Shown here: positions 50,699 through 62,749 of the stretch, one piece after another
Position numbering within the stretch: the first letter of the stretch is position 1
How the letters are laid out: the number at the start of each line of letters is the position of its first letter
NCBI RefSeq assembly: GCF_001194135.2
Contig: NC_068983.1
Coordinates: 78,303,639-78,367,638 of the forward strand
From: Octopus bimaculoides
Lineage: Eukaryota
Direction of reading: 5' to 3'
Length of the DNA stretch: 64,000 nt
The notes under the pieces: model-generated
What the model was told of the DNA's origin: nothing
What the model saw: the letters and a program-made list of their open reading frames with translations, nothing else
Databases searched by the model: none
Program-made: the position numbers and the translations under genes

Positions 50699-53689
50699 AG
50701 GGAGAAAGCAAGTCAAGATTTGGAATTATGTATGAAGATAAGAGGTAAATAGCTGTACAAGGAAATTAACTTTATGCATAATTGAAAGTTAATGAAACAT
50801 GAAGTAAAATAATAACAGCTACAAATAAGAAATTCTTTCTGTTAGAATAGAATTTTGGAAATGAGGCAGAATTTATTCTTCCATTCAAATTATCACTTGT
50901 ATTTCAACAAGAAATAATGACAAAGGAAAAACAAATTTAATGACACAGCAGAATATTGCACTAAACTTCAAAATATTTACAAAACACTGCATGAAGTCAA
51001 CCATATTGTTTAAAGGAAACAAAACTGAATTATTTAATTATGTTTTTCAGAAAAATTAAATTCCATTCTTTTAATTAAATAGATTGTTCTGTTTTTATGA
51101 CATTAATTTGGTGTCACTCATTATGTGTGTATCATTTAGAAAGCTTCTAAAAGAGTTATTTTAAACAGCCTTCAGTAAATTAAATTCATAATTAAAATTA
51201 TAACAAATATAGATAAAAATAATTTCACACTATCTACTATCTATTAGGAAACCTTCCGCTTCTGAACATTCATTTCTAAACTCTTTTAAGCAGGCAGTAA
51301 TAGACTGGCAATTTTTTAATACATGTTTTTAGAAAGTATCGCATACATAGCTTAATGGCTTTCTGTTCAAGGTTTGTTATTAATGTTGTTGCATTGGTTT
51401 TGTTCTACAGGACATTTACTATAGTAAGATTCTATTCCTTTATGAAATTTCATTTCTCCTTGTTTTATTCTATAAAAATGAAGAAGGAAATGATAATGAA
51501 CAGATTTCAATAATGTTATGTTATATGAAATGATTTAATTCTAATCATGACTCCAATAACATCTGTTAGGTAACAAATTCTTGAATAATCCAGAAGTACA
51601 AATCCTTTTTAAAACTATAATTCTATTCAGAATTAATATTTATTATTATAACTAAAACCAAGTTGGTGAGTTAGCAGAATAATTTGCACACCAGACAAAA
51701 TGCTTAGGGGGATTTCATTCGTCTTTACATGCTGAATTCAAATTCTGCCAGGGTTGACTTTCAGGGTTGATGAAATAAGTACCAGCTATGCACTGGAGTT
51801 GATTTCATTGACTAGCCCCCTCCTCCCACAAAATTTCAGGTCTTGTGTTTATAGTCAAAAGAATATTATAGGTAAAACCAAACCTGAAAAGTAAAAACAT
51901 GAATTTGAAAATTGTTTTCAATTTATTTGTATAGCTCTTTTAGCAGCATTATTATTATTAACAAAACCAATTCAACTGTCATTCTCTTTGCTTCCAACTC
52001 CTTTCTTAAGACAAATTATATAAGGCCTATATTTATTTGGCAATCCTTTTCTCTTTTATTATTTTCTCAGATGCTAAATTCCCCAATCTTTTCTTCAATA
52101 GCATCATAGAATTTTCATTTCCAATTGGAAGCTATTTATTATGCTCAAATAAGGATTCCTTGAATTACTCAAACCAAATTTATCAACTTTTCTCAATCAA
52201 AGTGATAACTCACAAGAATTATCAAAGAATATTGCATTGTACACAATCTTCAAGGAAGGAAACACTCTTCTGACCTCACCAAGTATTGCCATCTCACTTT
52301 CATCCTCAACATTTCACTAGCAATACGAATAAACATCAATGATTATACACATCAAATCACTCTTTCTATCTCCTTATCAGCCATAAATATGGAATTAGAA
52401 AAGTGACATGAACTAGTAGGATTATAAACAGTCTCTCATGAGCCAATAACAGCACATCCACATGGTCACTCAGTCAGCTGAAAATAGCAGGCAAATCTTA
52501 TTTAATCACCCCTTTTCCTTCTTAAGAAATAAAGAAGTCACTTGTAACGTTAAACAATGCAGTCCTAAACTGAGGAAAACAAAATGTCTGCAGGCACTGA
52601 TTGAGAAGATTGATTCACAACCATGCGGTTTTGGATTCAGCTCCACACTGCAAAAATTCGGGTAATAGACCTTGCAGAACCTTGGGTCATCTAAAACCTT
52701 TTGAGTAAAATTTGGTACATAGAAATTGTAGAATCTCATGAAAGAAACTACTTCTACTCTGGTATTGTAGACTTAATCCAGTTTATTATCCAGTTCAACA
52801 CCACCACCTGACTTTATGTGCCTCTCATGGAATCTAATCTGTTGCAAATATTTGAAATAAGAGTATCATTTAAGGCAAACTAAATCCTTTCCTTTCACCA
52901 ACCTTAGATGCCCTAAAAGGATCATGGATGTTGCCTTTCCTCCTTTCACTAAAACATTTAGAAATTGTTGGATATAGTAGTAACTGCCTTGGGATTAACG
53001 GGCAACAGCAAATGTAATAATATTCTTTCAATTTTGAAAACTTTAGCGGAATAAAATCTATACTACTTCGTGTTATCTTCTTCTTTAAAACATTATAACC
53101 TACAAACCTTCTAACTAGAACCCAACACTGTAGATTAGACTTAATTAACTCTTCACTTTCTTCTTCTGGTTAGGTCTGGAAGAAGGAACTCTGCTTTCAC
53201 AAGTTCTCCAAGGCCAAAGAGACAGAGGCAGTCAATATTCCTAAAAAACTAAGTTCAGAGTTTACTCACTGAATGTTTTGTATAAGTTTATATTAATGCT
53301 GTTATTTCAACTTTCCACATTAACAAACATTGACATTGCCTAAGAATCAATCAGCACCCGACACTCTTTCGTCCTTTCTCAATCACCATCAATCCAACAG
53401 CAACTTTTAAATGATAAATGCCCTTCAGGACAAATATGTTCCTCAGAAGCTCTCATCAGCCATTTACATCTTTTATCAAAGAAGAACTTTACTACATCCT
53501 TCAATGAAATTTGACAAATTCAAAATTCTTAGATTTAGCTGCAGGAGTGGCAGTGTGATAAGATGTTTGCTTCCCTGCCACATGGTTCTGGGTTCTGTCT
53601 CACCCATTGGTCCACTGATAAATGATAATAGCATTCTCCAACATGATGCTAAAGAAATGGCAGAAGTACATACTGCAGAAACAGCACTG

Positions 53690-54120
53690 CTCTGTCTTTA
53701 GTGATCCCGGTGATATTGATGCAAAGGATCTAAACAAACTCAATACTCAACATATTATCTGGGACATAACTTTTACTGCTTCAGGCATCATAGCAACAAT
53801 AAATGAAATCAGGTACTATTCTGCATTCGACCCCAATAGATTCCTCACAAGTGTCATGAAGGGATGTAGACACCAATTTGTAATCCTTCTAACCAACCTC
53901 TGAAGAAATTCTTTAGACTCAGGCCATATACTGTCATCCAGGTGTTCAAAAAGGGTAACAGATTTCTCACAATTAACTATCACCCAATCTCACTCATCAA
54001 AGTGCTTGAAAAGGTAGTGAGACCAAGGGTAACTGGCTTCCTGGATAGCTACAAACTTTATGAATTCTAACCAGCATGGCTTTCACTGTGGCAGGGACTG
54101 GCTAACACAGCTCTTACATC
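53690..54120 (+). mobile_element. CR1/Jockey-like RT remnant
   Basis: Decayed equivalents of SAAGPD, RKSLDSG and NQHGF...RD(W)LTQLLHH. Confidence 0.55.
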
Positions 54121-54330
54121 ATATATATACTTTCCTAATCTGCTTCAGATGATCTTGCACAGAAAACCAAGGTTTATTAAGCCTCCAGGATTAGTATTCA
54201 CCATTTGATACAGATCCTCTTCAAATGAGGTTTTTACTGCTCTATTATTAAGACCTGTCTTCCTGATTGATATTCATCCAAGAAAATGAAATCATCGTTT
54301 TAAAATTTGTTGGCCTTTTCAAACACTTAC

Positions 54331-54483
54331 ACCATCAGAATATACCATATACACTCTTTCCTTTGCAAGTGTTGTATCGCTACCCTTACAAAATTCCTGA
54401 GGCATGCAATGCCAAATATGCAGCTCATTAAAGTCTATGTCTTCCATGTTATCAGATGAAGCATATATACTCACACAACACAT
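54331..54483 (-). CDS. Putative first coding exon of an unidentified minus-strand gene (MCCVSIYASSDNMEDIDFNELHIWHCMPQEFCKGSDTTLAKERVYMVYSDG)
   Basis: Exon 54548-54331 is bounded by acceptor gtattttcag and donor GGT|GTAAGT. One frame is open to the donor; ATGs at 54483 and 54447 (aacATGg context). Ends phase 0. Confidence 0.5.
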
Positions 54484-55141
54484 GTCCACATTAACATTTG
54501 GTCACTGACTGTGATGATTTGTTGATTGTGTTATATCAGACTATTTGTCTGAAAATACGTTACTTTCCAGTACCTCTTATAAGTGCTTATGTAATGACAT
54601 TAAACTGACAGTAACCCTAATATGTGGGTATGTATGTAATGACATCTGGTGGGGAGGCTCCAGTTCTGATGTTGTGGGGAGCATAGAGTCACCCCTTAAT
54701 TACCAGATCCATTCTAGCCAGGAACAGTAGTACTTATGAGGGTCCCATCTATAGGTTAAATAGATTTCCCAGGGGTTAAAAAAGGCTACCATTATTTTTG
54801 ACCAAGTCTTTGGGACAGGCAACTCCTCTAGAAGAAAGATACTCTGACATAAAACTTGCTGTCAAAATAGTACCAGTCATCTTGCAATACATGTCACTGG
54901 GACTTAATAAGACAACTGAGAATGTAACAACAGTGTTGTACAAGGTTTTGTCATTTAAACCCAGTAAAATACAAATATCTCACTATCATTTCCTTTCTTG
55001 ATTTGCTTTATATTTTATGAAGTCTTATAGTGATGGATGCATGGGCATGAAAAGTCATATCTGTGCACATGCAAAGAGGAAAGTAAATCAGAGCTGTTAG
55101 GTTGAATGCGAGATAGCTATCATCTGACAAAATGAAGCAAT

Positions 55142-55182
<41 letters not shown>

Positions 55183-55214
55183 AAGTAAAATCACTGTCTA
55201 CCACACATACAAAA

Positions 55215-55420
55215 TTGTTCTTTCAGGTGCTGGTGCCACAAAAAAAAGCACTCGTACCAGTGCTGCATTATCACACCCAGCACATTCTGTTAAGCAGTTG
55301 GCATTAGGAAGGGTATCCAGCCAAGCAACTAGAGTCTGGACAGCTCTCTGCTAGCCAGCTCTATGTCATACCGTCCAACCCATACCACCTTGGAAAGCAC
55401 ATTAAAAAATGATGATGATA
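55215..55420 (+). mobile_element. Degenerate RTE 3' end
   Basis: gttggcattaggaagggtatccag...ccgtccaaccc...gatgatgat. Confidence 0.6.
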
Positions 55421-56382
55421 TGTGTGTGTGTGTGTGTACACACACTATGAGTAGATTATCTCTTATCACTCATGTGCTCGGTACCATGACATAGCAACAG
55501 AGTGATTTGAGAAGAAACATTTCCATTCTACATTATATAAACTAAACTAACTTTTCGAACTGTATTTTAATTTCACCATTACAGTCAAGTTAATCACTTT
55601 GTGTTTGCTTTGGGTAAAGCTATTACTCTCTGGACACTATCACAAAGATCATATTATATTTTAATATACTGTCTCTTAAGATGATTTCGCAGCACATTTT
55701 CCAGAGAGAAAAATAAAGTAAAATAGAATGTTATTAAGAAGAACAAACCTATTGTATTTTTACAGAAAGTGTTTGAAAATATCATCATTATCATTAATAT
55801 CATCATTCTCATAATCATCATCATTATCATAACTGCTGCTACTGTAGTTGTTATCACTTTTACATCTACTTTTTCCATGTTGGCATGGGTTAGACCAGAA
55901 TTCTAAGGCAGTACAGTTAGGATTTACAGATGGATTTCTTAGGTTATACTAAAGTAGTTGAGGTGTATGAGAAATTGGGTGAGTGACAGACAATTCCTAA
56001 TGCCAGACATTTACTTGTTTTCAAATAAGATACTTTATTCCATTGGGATAAACAAATGTCACTGCTACACATGTGATGTCAGTCTGAAGACTTGCAAAAA
56101 TAAACATTCATATGCATAGGTGTGTGTGTGTGTGTGTGTGTGTGTACGCACACATGTGCATGTGTGTGTGCTTGTCGTGAGAGAAAAAGTGTATGGGTTT
56201 CCAAGCAGCATTTGTCATCTTAATTCCACACACATGGTATTGATCCAGCTGAGGCTGTAGTAAAAGATGTTTGTGTTGGGAAGAAGAATTGTAAAAATGG
56301 CTTGACAGGAATGTATTGCATGCAGGACATAAATAAAACAATATGCTTTTGGGACCTCAGTTTTACACATTTTGTCTCTATA

Positions 56383-56430
<48 letters not shown>

Positions 56431-56976
56431 NNNNNNNNNNNNNNNNNNNNNNNNNNNNNNNNNNNNNNNNNNNNNNNNNNNNNNNNNNNNNNNNNNNNNN
56501 NNNNNNNNNNNNNNNNNNNNNNNNNNNNNNNNNNNNNNNNNNNNNNNNNNNNNNNNNNNNNNNNNNNNNNNNNNNNNNNNNNNNNNNNNNNNNNNNNNNN
56601 NNNNNNNNNNNNNNNNNNNNNNNNNNNNNNNNNNNNNNNNNNNNNNNNNNNNNNNNNNNNNNNNNNNNNNNNNNNNNNNNNNNNNNNNNNNNNNNNNNNN
56701 NNNNNNNNNNNNNNNNNNNNNNNNNNNNNNNNNNNNNNNNNNNNNNNNNNNNNNNNNNNNNNNNNNNNNNNNNNNNNNNNNNNNNNNNNNNNNNNNNNNN
56801 NNNNNNNNNNNNNNNNNNNNNNNNNNNNNNNNNNNNNNNNNNNNNNNNNNNNNNNNNNNNNNNNNNNNNNNNNNNNNNNNNNNNNNNNNNNNNNNNNNNN
56901 NNNNNNNNNNNNNNNNNNNNNNNNNNNNNNNNNNNNNNNNNNNNNNNNNNNNNNNNNNNNNNNNNNNNNNNNNNNN
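56431..56976. other. Assembly gap (largest of seven N runs; others at 11178, 12002, 47419, 48899, 57290, 57546)
   Basis: N characters. Confidence 1.
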
Positions 56977-57251
56977 GTGGAAGGAATCAGTAGCAAGAAT
57001 AGTTTGGGAGTGGTTCTGGACAATGGTCAGTAGAAAGTAGGCAGGCAGTTTTTGAATATGTGTCTGTGTTGTGTGAGTGTGATTTCCTAGCAGTGTGTGC
57101 CTGTATTCTTTTGTGTGCGTGTGTGTACGTGTGTGTGTGTATATGTGTGCGGTTTGCTCTGTGGATCGCACGTAGGTTATGTGTGTGTGTGCGTGTATAT
57201 GCGTAGTGTCTGTGTCTTATATATATATGTATGTATAAGTGAGCAACAAAG

Positions 57252-57282
<31 letters not shown>

Positions 57283-57989
57283 CGTGAANNNNNNNNNNGA
57301 ACGTATGTGTGTGTGTGTATGTGCGTGGTTTGGCTGTTTATCTGTTTGTGTGTGTGTGACGTAGTGGAAGGAATCAGTAGCAAGAATAGTTTGGGAGTGG
57401 TTCTGGACAATGGTCAGTAGAAAGTAGGCAGGCAGTTTTTGAATATGTGTCTGTGTTGTGTGAGTGTGATTTCCTAGCAGTGTGTGCCTGTATTCTTTTG
57501 TGTGCGTGTGTGTACGTGTGTGTGTGTATATGTGTGCGGTTTGCTNNNNNNNNNNNNNNNNNNNNNNNNNNNNNNNNNNNNNNNNNNNNNNNNNNNNNNN
57601 NNNNNNNNNNNNNNNNNNNNNNNNNNNNNNNNNNNNNNNNNNTATATATATATATATATATATATGTATATGTATGTATAAGTGAGTAACAAAGAGGTAC
57701 AGGTATCAATCCATTATGGCTGTTTCCAACAACTCCTTTAATTAATTAATGAGAACATTACATCATTGTAAAGGCACCATTTTCATCAGGGGAATTCATG
57801 ATCTTCAATCATAAACAACAGTCCGATTTATTCGACATAGTTTACAAAGTCACGGAGTAAAAATATTTTCATTGATACTGCAACAATTCAGTTGTCAGAT
57901 TTGAACTTATCAGAGTAATGTATGTATGTATGCATGTATGTATGTATGCATGTATGTATGAATGTTTGAAGGAAAGGATTTAAAATTAA

Positions 57990-58056
57990 AAGAAAAAAGT
58001 GGCGGGAAAAGAAAAAAGTGGCGGGAAAAGAAAAAAGTGGCGGGAAAAGAAAAAAG
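57990..58056. repeat. 19-bp minisatellite x3, each unit containing TTTCCCGC on the minus strand
   Basis: GGCGGG at 58001, 58020 and 58039. Confidence 0.95.
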
Positions 58057-58224
58057 AAGCTGCAGCTATTTGCAATGAATCTGTGAATGCAATTTGAGTT
58101 CAGGTATGGATTTTGCAATGGGGGCACTGATGATTTTGATTTTCCCTGGGATTGGGAAAATGTGTCTTGATTGTAGGATATAATTCTTTCATTGTTCATT
58201 TTTTTCGACTCAATTATTTAAATG

Positions 58225-58355
58225 CATTGTGACACATTTTAGCCATGCAGATCGATCAAGGCCATGACTTTACCAAGATGTCAAGTTAAGCTGCTGGGAT
58301 TTTAGTGATTGCTTCAGACTATCCTTATACCTAAGGTCAGGTCTTCCTTCGCCAT
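58225..58355 (-). mobile_element. RTE ORF2 C-terminal remnant
   Basis: GRPDLRYKDSLKQSLK...DRSAW. Confidence 0.6.
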
Positions 58356-58429
58356 GATATCCCACCACATGCGTGGATATGATATTAGAACGCTCCAAGT
58401 GTTTCCAGAATGCGAAGCATTTATATGAA

Positions 58430-58760
58430 AATGGGATAATGCTTCTGCTGCAGAAATGTCTAGCTCTCTTGATACAACATATATCTACAGTAAACTGTGA
58501 AATATAATCAAGATAGAATTCATTTTCGTTGGATTATAATGCGTATATTATTGTTTGATGATCAACATACATGGTGAAGGTTCTTCTTTTCAAGAAACTG
58601 TGTAATTGCGTTATTGACATGAGCTGCTGTTTTCCCGAGTTTGAGCAGCTAACTTCAAAAGAAAATGGTTGAATGCAAGAAATGGACAATTTCTGAAGTC
58701 CTTGGGCTACGAGAGCATCAGCGGGTAAAGTATCAAGTCATTGCCATTGTGCAAGCTTGT
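58430..58760 (-). mobile_element. Gypsy/Ty3 pol (RNase H) remnant
   Basis: FLE-RTFTMYVDHQTIIYAL, LDYISQFTVDI, AAEALSH in the expected order, with frameshifts. Confidence 0.6.
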
Positions 58761-59539
58761 TTATCAAATGCCGAAGTTTGTCTAAAGCTGTCTAACCAAA
58801 AAACGCCAGTTCAGAGATGAAATTAGGAGGATAAATATCCGCATTAGTGAAGCTGCCATATTTAAAACACAAATTAGTTGGAATCACTCAAACGAAAGGA
58901 TATGAAAAGATTCCCTACTTATTGTTACAACAAAATCGGAAAGGTTCTGGAATAAATGCGCTCCGGAATCATTGATTTGAGAGATGAAATTTTCCTCGGT
59001 GTTGAAAGTTAGTTTTGACTTATTTCAAGCAGACGAAAGATAGTCTAAGCGTTAATAGTCACGCTGTCTTCAAACATCATGACTTTAACAGGTGGCGGTT
59101 GCAGTAGTAAAAGGTATGAGTAACGGTGTCTGCTCTTACTTTGATCTTCACACTCCGTTGTTGGTAGTGGTGACGAGTTGTTTTTCGTGAGATTTATGTG
59201 CCGGGTGTATTTTTGCAGCTTTCGCTGGCTTTTTCCTGAATTGAATATCAACAAATGCTATTAGGTCAAGAGAAATGTCTAGATCAACACTGTCGTGAGG
59301 TTAACTTGTCGCTTCTTTTTGCTGTGGAGAATATATCATTTCTGGACCATTTTTGTTGGAGTAAAGTTGCGTATAGAATAACTGAAGCAAGCGCACAGCT
59401 ATTTAACAGAAATATTTATCGCCGGACATAAAGATATGTAGCGGTGGCTACATACAATGAACAGCATTAATAATTGCTGACTGAGAGATAGACAGACTAC
59501 TCTGAAATTATAGAAAGTTATCGGTATGACAACATGCAC

Positions 59540-59809
59540 TCAGCTCAAAAATTTACGAAGTCAACTGCGCAAATGTTCGTAATAGCAGAAGGCCCTCGGC
59601 GGTTTGCTCTCCAAGCTGAGCACCAAACGGCTTTTATAAGGGAGCAGAAGCCAATTTCTAGAACACTTGAGAAAACCATATCACGCCACAGCTCCACACT
59701 GATTAGTCGATTAATTGACCGATCGTGTGAAACTATGGTGGTTCGTTGTGGTGTCTGACCGATTGATTATCTATCGGTTAAATTCCGAATCACCACCACG
59801 CTATCAAAT

Positions 59810-59815
<6 letters not shown>
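59540..59815 (+). mobile_element. Decayed Penelope-like 3' end
   Basis: Peptide AEHQTAFIREQKP resembles a GIY-YIG C-terminus; followed by CTGATTA...CGTGTGAAACTATGGT, similar to the 62 kb HHR, then (TA)n. Confidence 0.35.
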
Positions 59816-59845
<30 letters not shown>

Positions 59846-60699
59846 TATATATATATATGCGTGTATGTATGAGCGTTCGTTTATATATAACTATAAATAT
59901 ATATATATATTGTACATATAAAGAAATCTACAAATCAATAAGTGTAGTGTAGCTTGGTTCCATATGAGATTATCTTCTCTCAGAAATTTACTGGAAAAAA
60001 ATCCAAAACTTTTGTATACTTTCTTTCGATTTCTTTCTTTATTTTATGACTACAAATAATATTTTAAACAAAAAAAGCTATTGCTTTCGTTTGTGGCTTT
60101 GGTTAAATGGGTCTTGATATATTGGTATGATGTTAAGACTGCGTGCTGACCCATAATAAAACCAACTCCAACATTGTTTAAATAACATTTATTTTTACAG
60201 AAGTATATCACAACATTTACATAATTACATACTGGCTTGCTAGTAGTGTATTGTGGTGTGCTAGAAGTAAATGTAGTTCATAGTTACATTAATGCCAAAA
60301 AATAAATGCTTCACATGGGAGGTAGGAAAAATACTCTTTTCTTCATAGTTCATATTTCCTTTAACCAAGTATCAAGCAGCAACCAAGTAACTTTGTCTTC
60401 CCAGGAACTTGTCTATGTCCGCATACAATTGTGCGCTGTGCACATGGCGTCCTCAGCCTCTTATCTGCAATTTCTGGTTTGCTATTGACTAAGTAGTTGC
60501 TCGTTACATATTTGCGTGGTGAGAGTTGAGGATATTATATTTATAGGAAAATTGGTTATACATCATTAGATGTATACCTGACTTTCCTATATAAAATTAA
60601 GAAATATAAACGGAACGCTGAACTCCAGACTATCAACTTAAACAACATTTATTCAGGTGGTAAATATATACATCTTTAGCTCTTGTTTGTTGTTACAGC

Positions 60700-61150
60700 T
60701 TCTGTGTGTGTGAGCATAGTTGTTGGGACGTTGTTATGTAGATGTGAGCAAGCTGTCTAGCGTAAGTTTGAAAGATGTAGAGAGTCAGCTAAACACGTCC
60801 ATGCTCAATCGCTGGCCAGCATGAAAGAGACAGATCAAAGCGGGAAAGCTTGCTTGTTGAATTCCACGCATGCGTGAGACTACGCATGCGAACGGCGTTA
60901 CTACATATTCATTGTAAATGTTTGGAGAAGAGTATTGTAAACTAAGTGATTCTTTTTAGGACTGGTCGAACAGACAGAGAATCGTGTATTTGTCTACCTT
61001 CTCAAATCTCTGGTTCCATTCTGACACTTTCGCTTTTATAAACACCAGTTACGCAGGAACATCAGGGACGTTCTATGATATGGGGTAATATTTTTTCGGT
61101 TGATTATCAGGGCACGTTTCCTGATCTATGTGTGGTCTACTCTTGTAAGG
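60700..61150. promoter_or_regulatory. Promoter-like CpG-richer region
   Basis: Locally many CpGs. GCGGGAAA (E2F consensus TTTSSCGC on the minus strand) at 60840-60847; NRF1-like palindromes ACGCATGCGT at 60866-60875 and ACGCATGCG at 60882-60890. Lies upstream of the minus-strand exon chain. Confidence 0.45.
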
Positions 61151-61415
61151 TTTTGATTCCATTCTAGGCCTCACTAGACATTCAAATATTTATTGAAATT
61201 TACAAAGTTCTTTAAAAAAATAAATTGATTTAAATATATTGACTCATAGCAGGTATAACATATGAAGATACATAACTACACTTTTGAAACCAAAATATAT
61301 TGGTGGTTAATGAAGGAAGGTTAAAAAAAACAACTTAGGACTATAATGAATTAAAACGACAGTCAGGTTAAAATCGATTACCATCCTATTTCAGCTGCTA
61401 AATGATAATTTTATA

Positions 61416-61447
<32 letters not shown>

Positions 61448-61752
61448 CGACTGTCACCCATGCCAACCTTCCTTCATTGGACACTAAACTCTGCTTGAGA
61501 TGACCTATTGGGGCAAGTGAAATCGAAATTGAACTAAATTCGATGACTGACACCCATGGTGAAAGTAAGTATTTTTTTAATACTAAAATGACGAACAATG
61601 AAGAAAATAAAAAGGAAAAAACAATCAAATGTTACTACTCAATAGTGGGGTACGAGTAGCCATTTCACCCTCATTTATTTTATCATTCATCCCATTCATT
61701 CGTCTATGTGATGTATATATATGTATATGTATATATATATATATGTAAAATG

Positions 61753-62674
61753 TATTAATAAGGGTAGAAATTGATATTAATCAATTAAAACCAGTGGTCT
61801 AGCATATTAAAAAAATCTGAAGATTAAAATTATATTACATACAAAAATAAGAAGAATGACCAGCAAAAGTGGACTCCTATGTGCTAGAAATAGATGCCGA
61901 ATCATCTAACCACGAAAAATATGTTCTCAGTAAAAATTTAGCGACACATCAGACTGTAAAAGGGCAAAACAAATGAAAAAATACTAAATAAAAAAACGAT
62001 TAAAATACGTACCATGGTTTCACACGTTAAAATTTACATAAGTAAATATCTGCAGGATCATCAGCGTAGCCTGTCGATTTATAAAATATAATTTCCAGAA
62101 CTAGACACAAGACGTCCACCCGAAAGGGAGCACATGTAGAGTTCTACAAATTACGTTCAGTGTATCCTTTCAAATGTCTTCAATCTGGTGCGCTAAGTCC
62201 GGAAATAACTCTGCAGTTAATAAATTTTTGCAGCTAATTTACGGGTTTGAGAACATCATTATTTAAAATTTATTAATAAGGGAAGAAATCGATATTAATC
62301 AATTAAAACCAATGGTCTAGCATATTAAAAAAATCCGAAGATTAAAATTATATTACGTACAAAAAATAAGAGGAATGACCAGCAAAAGTGGACTCCTATA
62401 TGCTAGAAATAGATGCCGAATCATCTAACCACGAAAAATATGTTCTCAGTAAAAATTTAGCGACACAACAGAGTGTAAAAGGGCAAGGCAAATGAAAAAA
62501 TACTAAATAAAAAAACGATTAACCTACAAAAAAGTTTTCATATGTCTTGCCCTTTTACAGTCTGTTGTGTCGCTAATTTTTTACTGAGAACATATTTTTC
62601 GTGGTTAGATGATTCGGCATCTATTTCTAGCATATAGAAGTCCACTTTTGCTGGTCATTCCTCTTATTTTTGTA
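61753..62674 (-). mobile_element. Non-autonomous Penelope-like/retrozyme-like element: two direct repeats plus an inverted partial copy
   Basis: About 250-bp repeat at 61753-62003 and 62271-62522 (period about 518), inverted partial copy at 62535-62674, HHR abutting the end of copy 1, (TA)n flanks. Confidence 0.65.
62006..62068 (-). ncRNA. Type I hammerhead ribozyme motif
   Basis: Minus strand reads TACG-CTGATGA-(36 nt, partial hairpin ATTTAC/GTAAAT)-GAAA-CCATGG-T-A-CGTA: 4-bp stem I, palindromic helix III ACCAUGGU, GUA site. Base of stem II is mispaired. Confidence 0.6.
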
Positions 62675-62749
62675 TATATATATATGTATATATATATATG
62701 TGTGTATGTATATACATGTATGAATATATGTATATATATATATGTGTGT

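Noticed and set aside
51900-52480. Exon-like ORFs and splice sites on both strands
   Set aside because: The minus strand resembles a decayed RTE endonuclease (DAIEEKIGEF...), so probably a repeat remnant.
56977-57700. About 390-bp tandem duplication
   Set aside because: Copies are essentially identical over about 180 bp and interleaved with N gaps; most likely an assembly overlap or allelic artefact.
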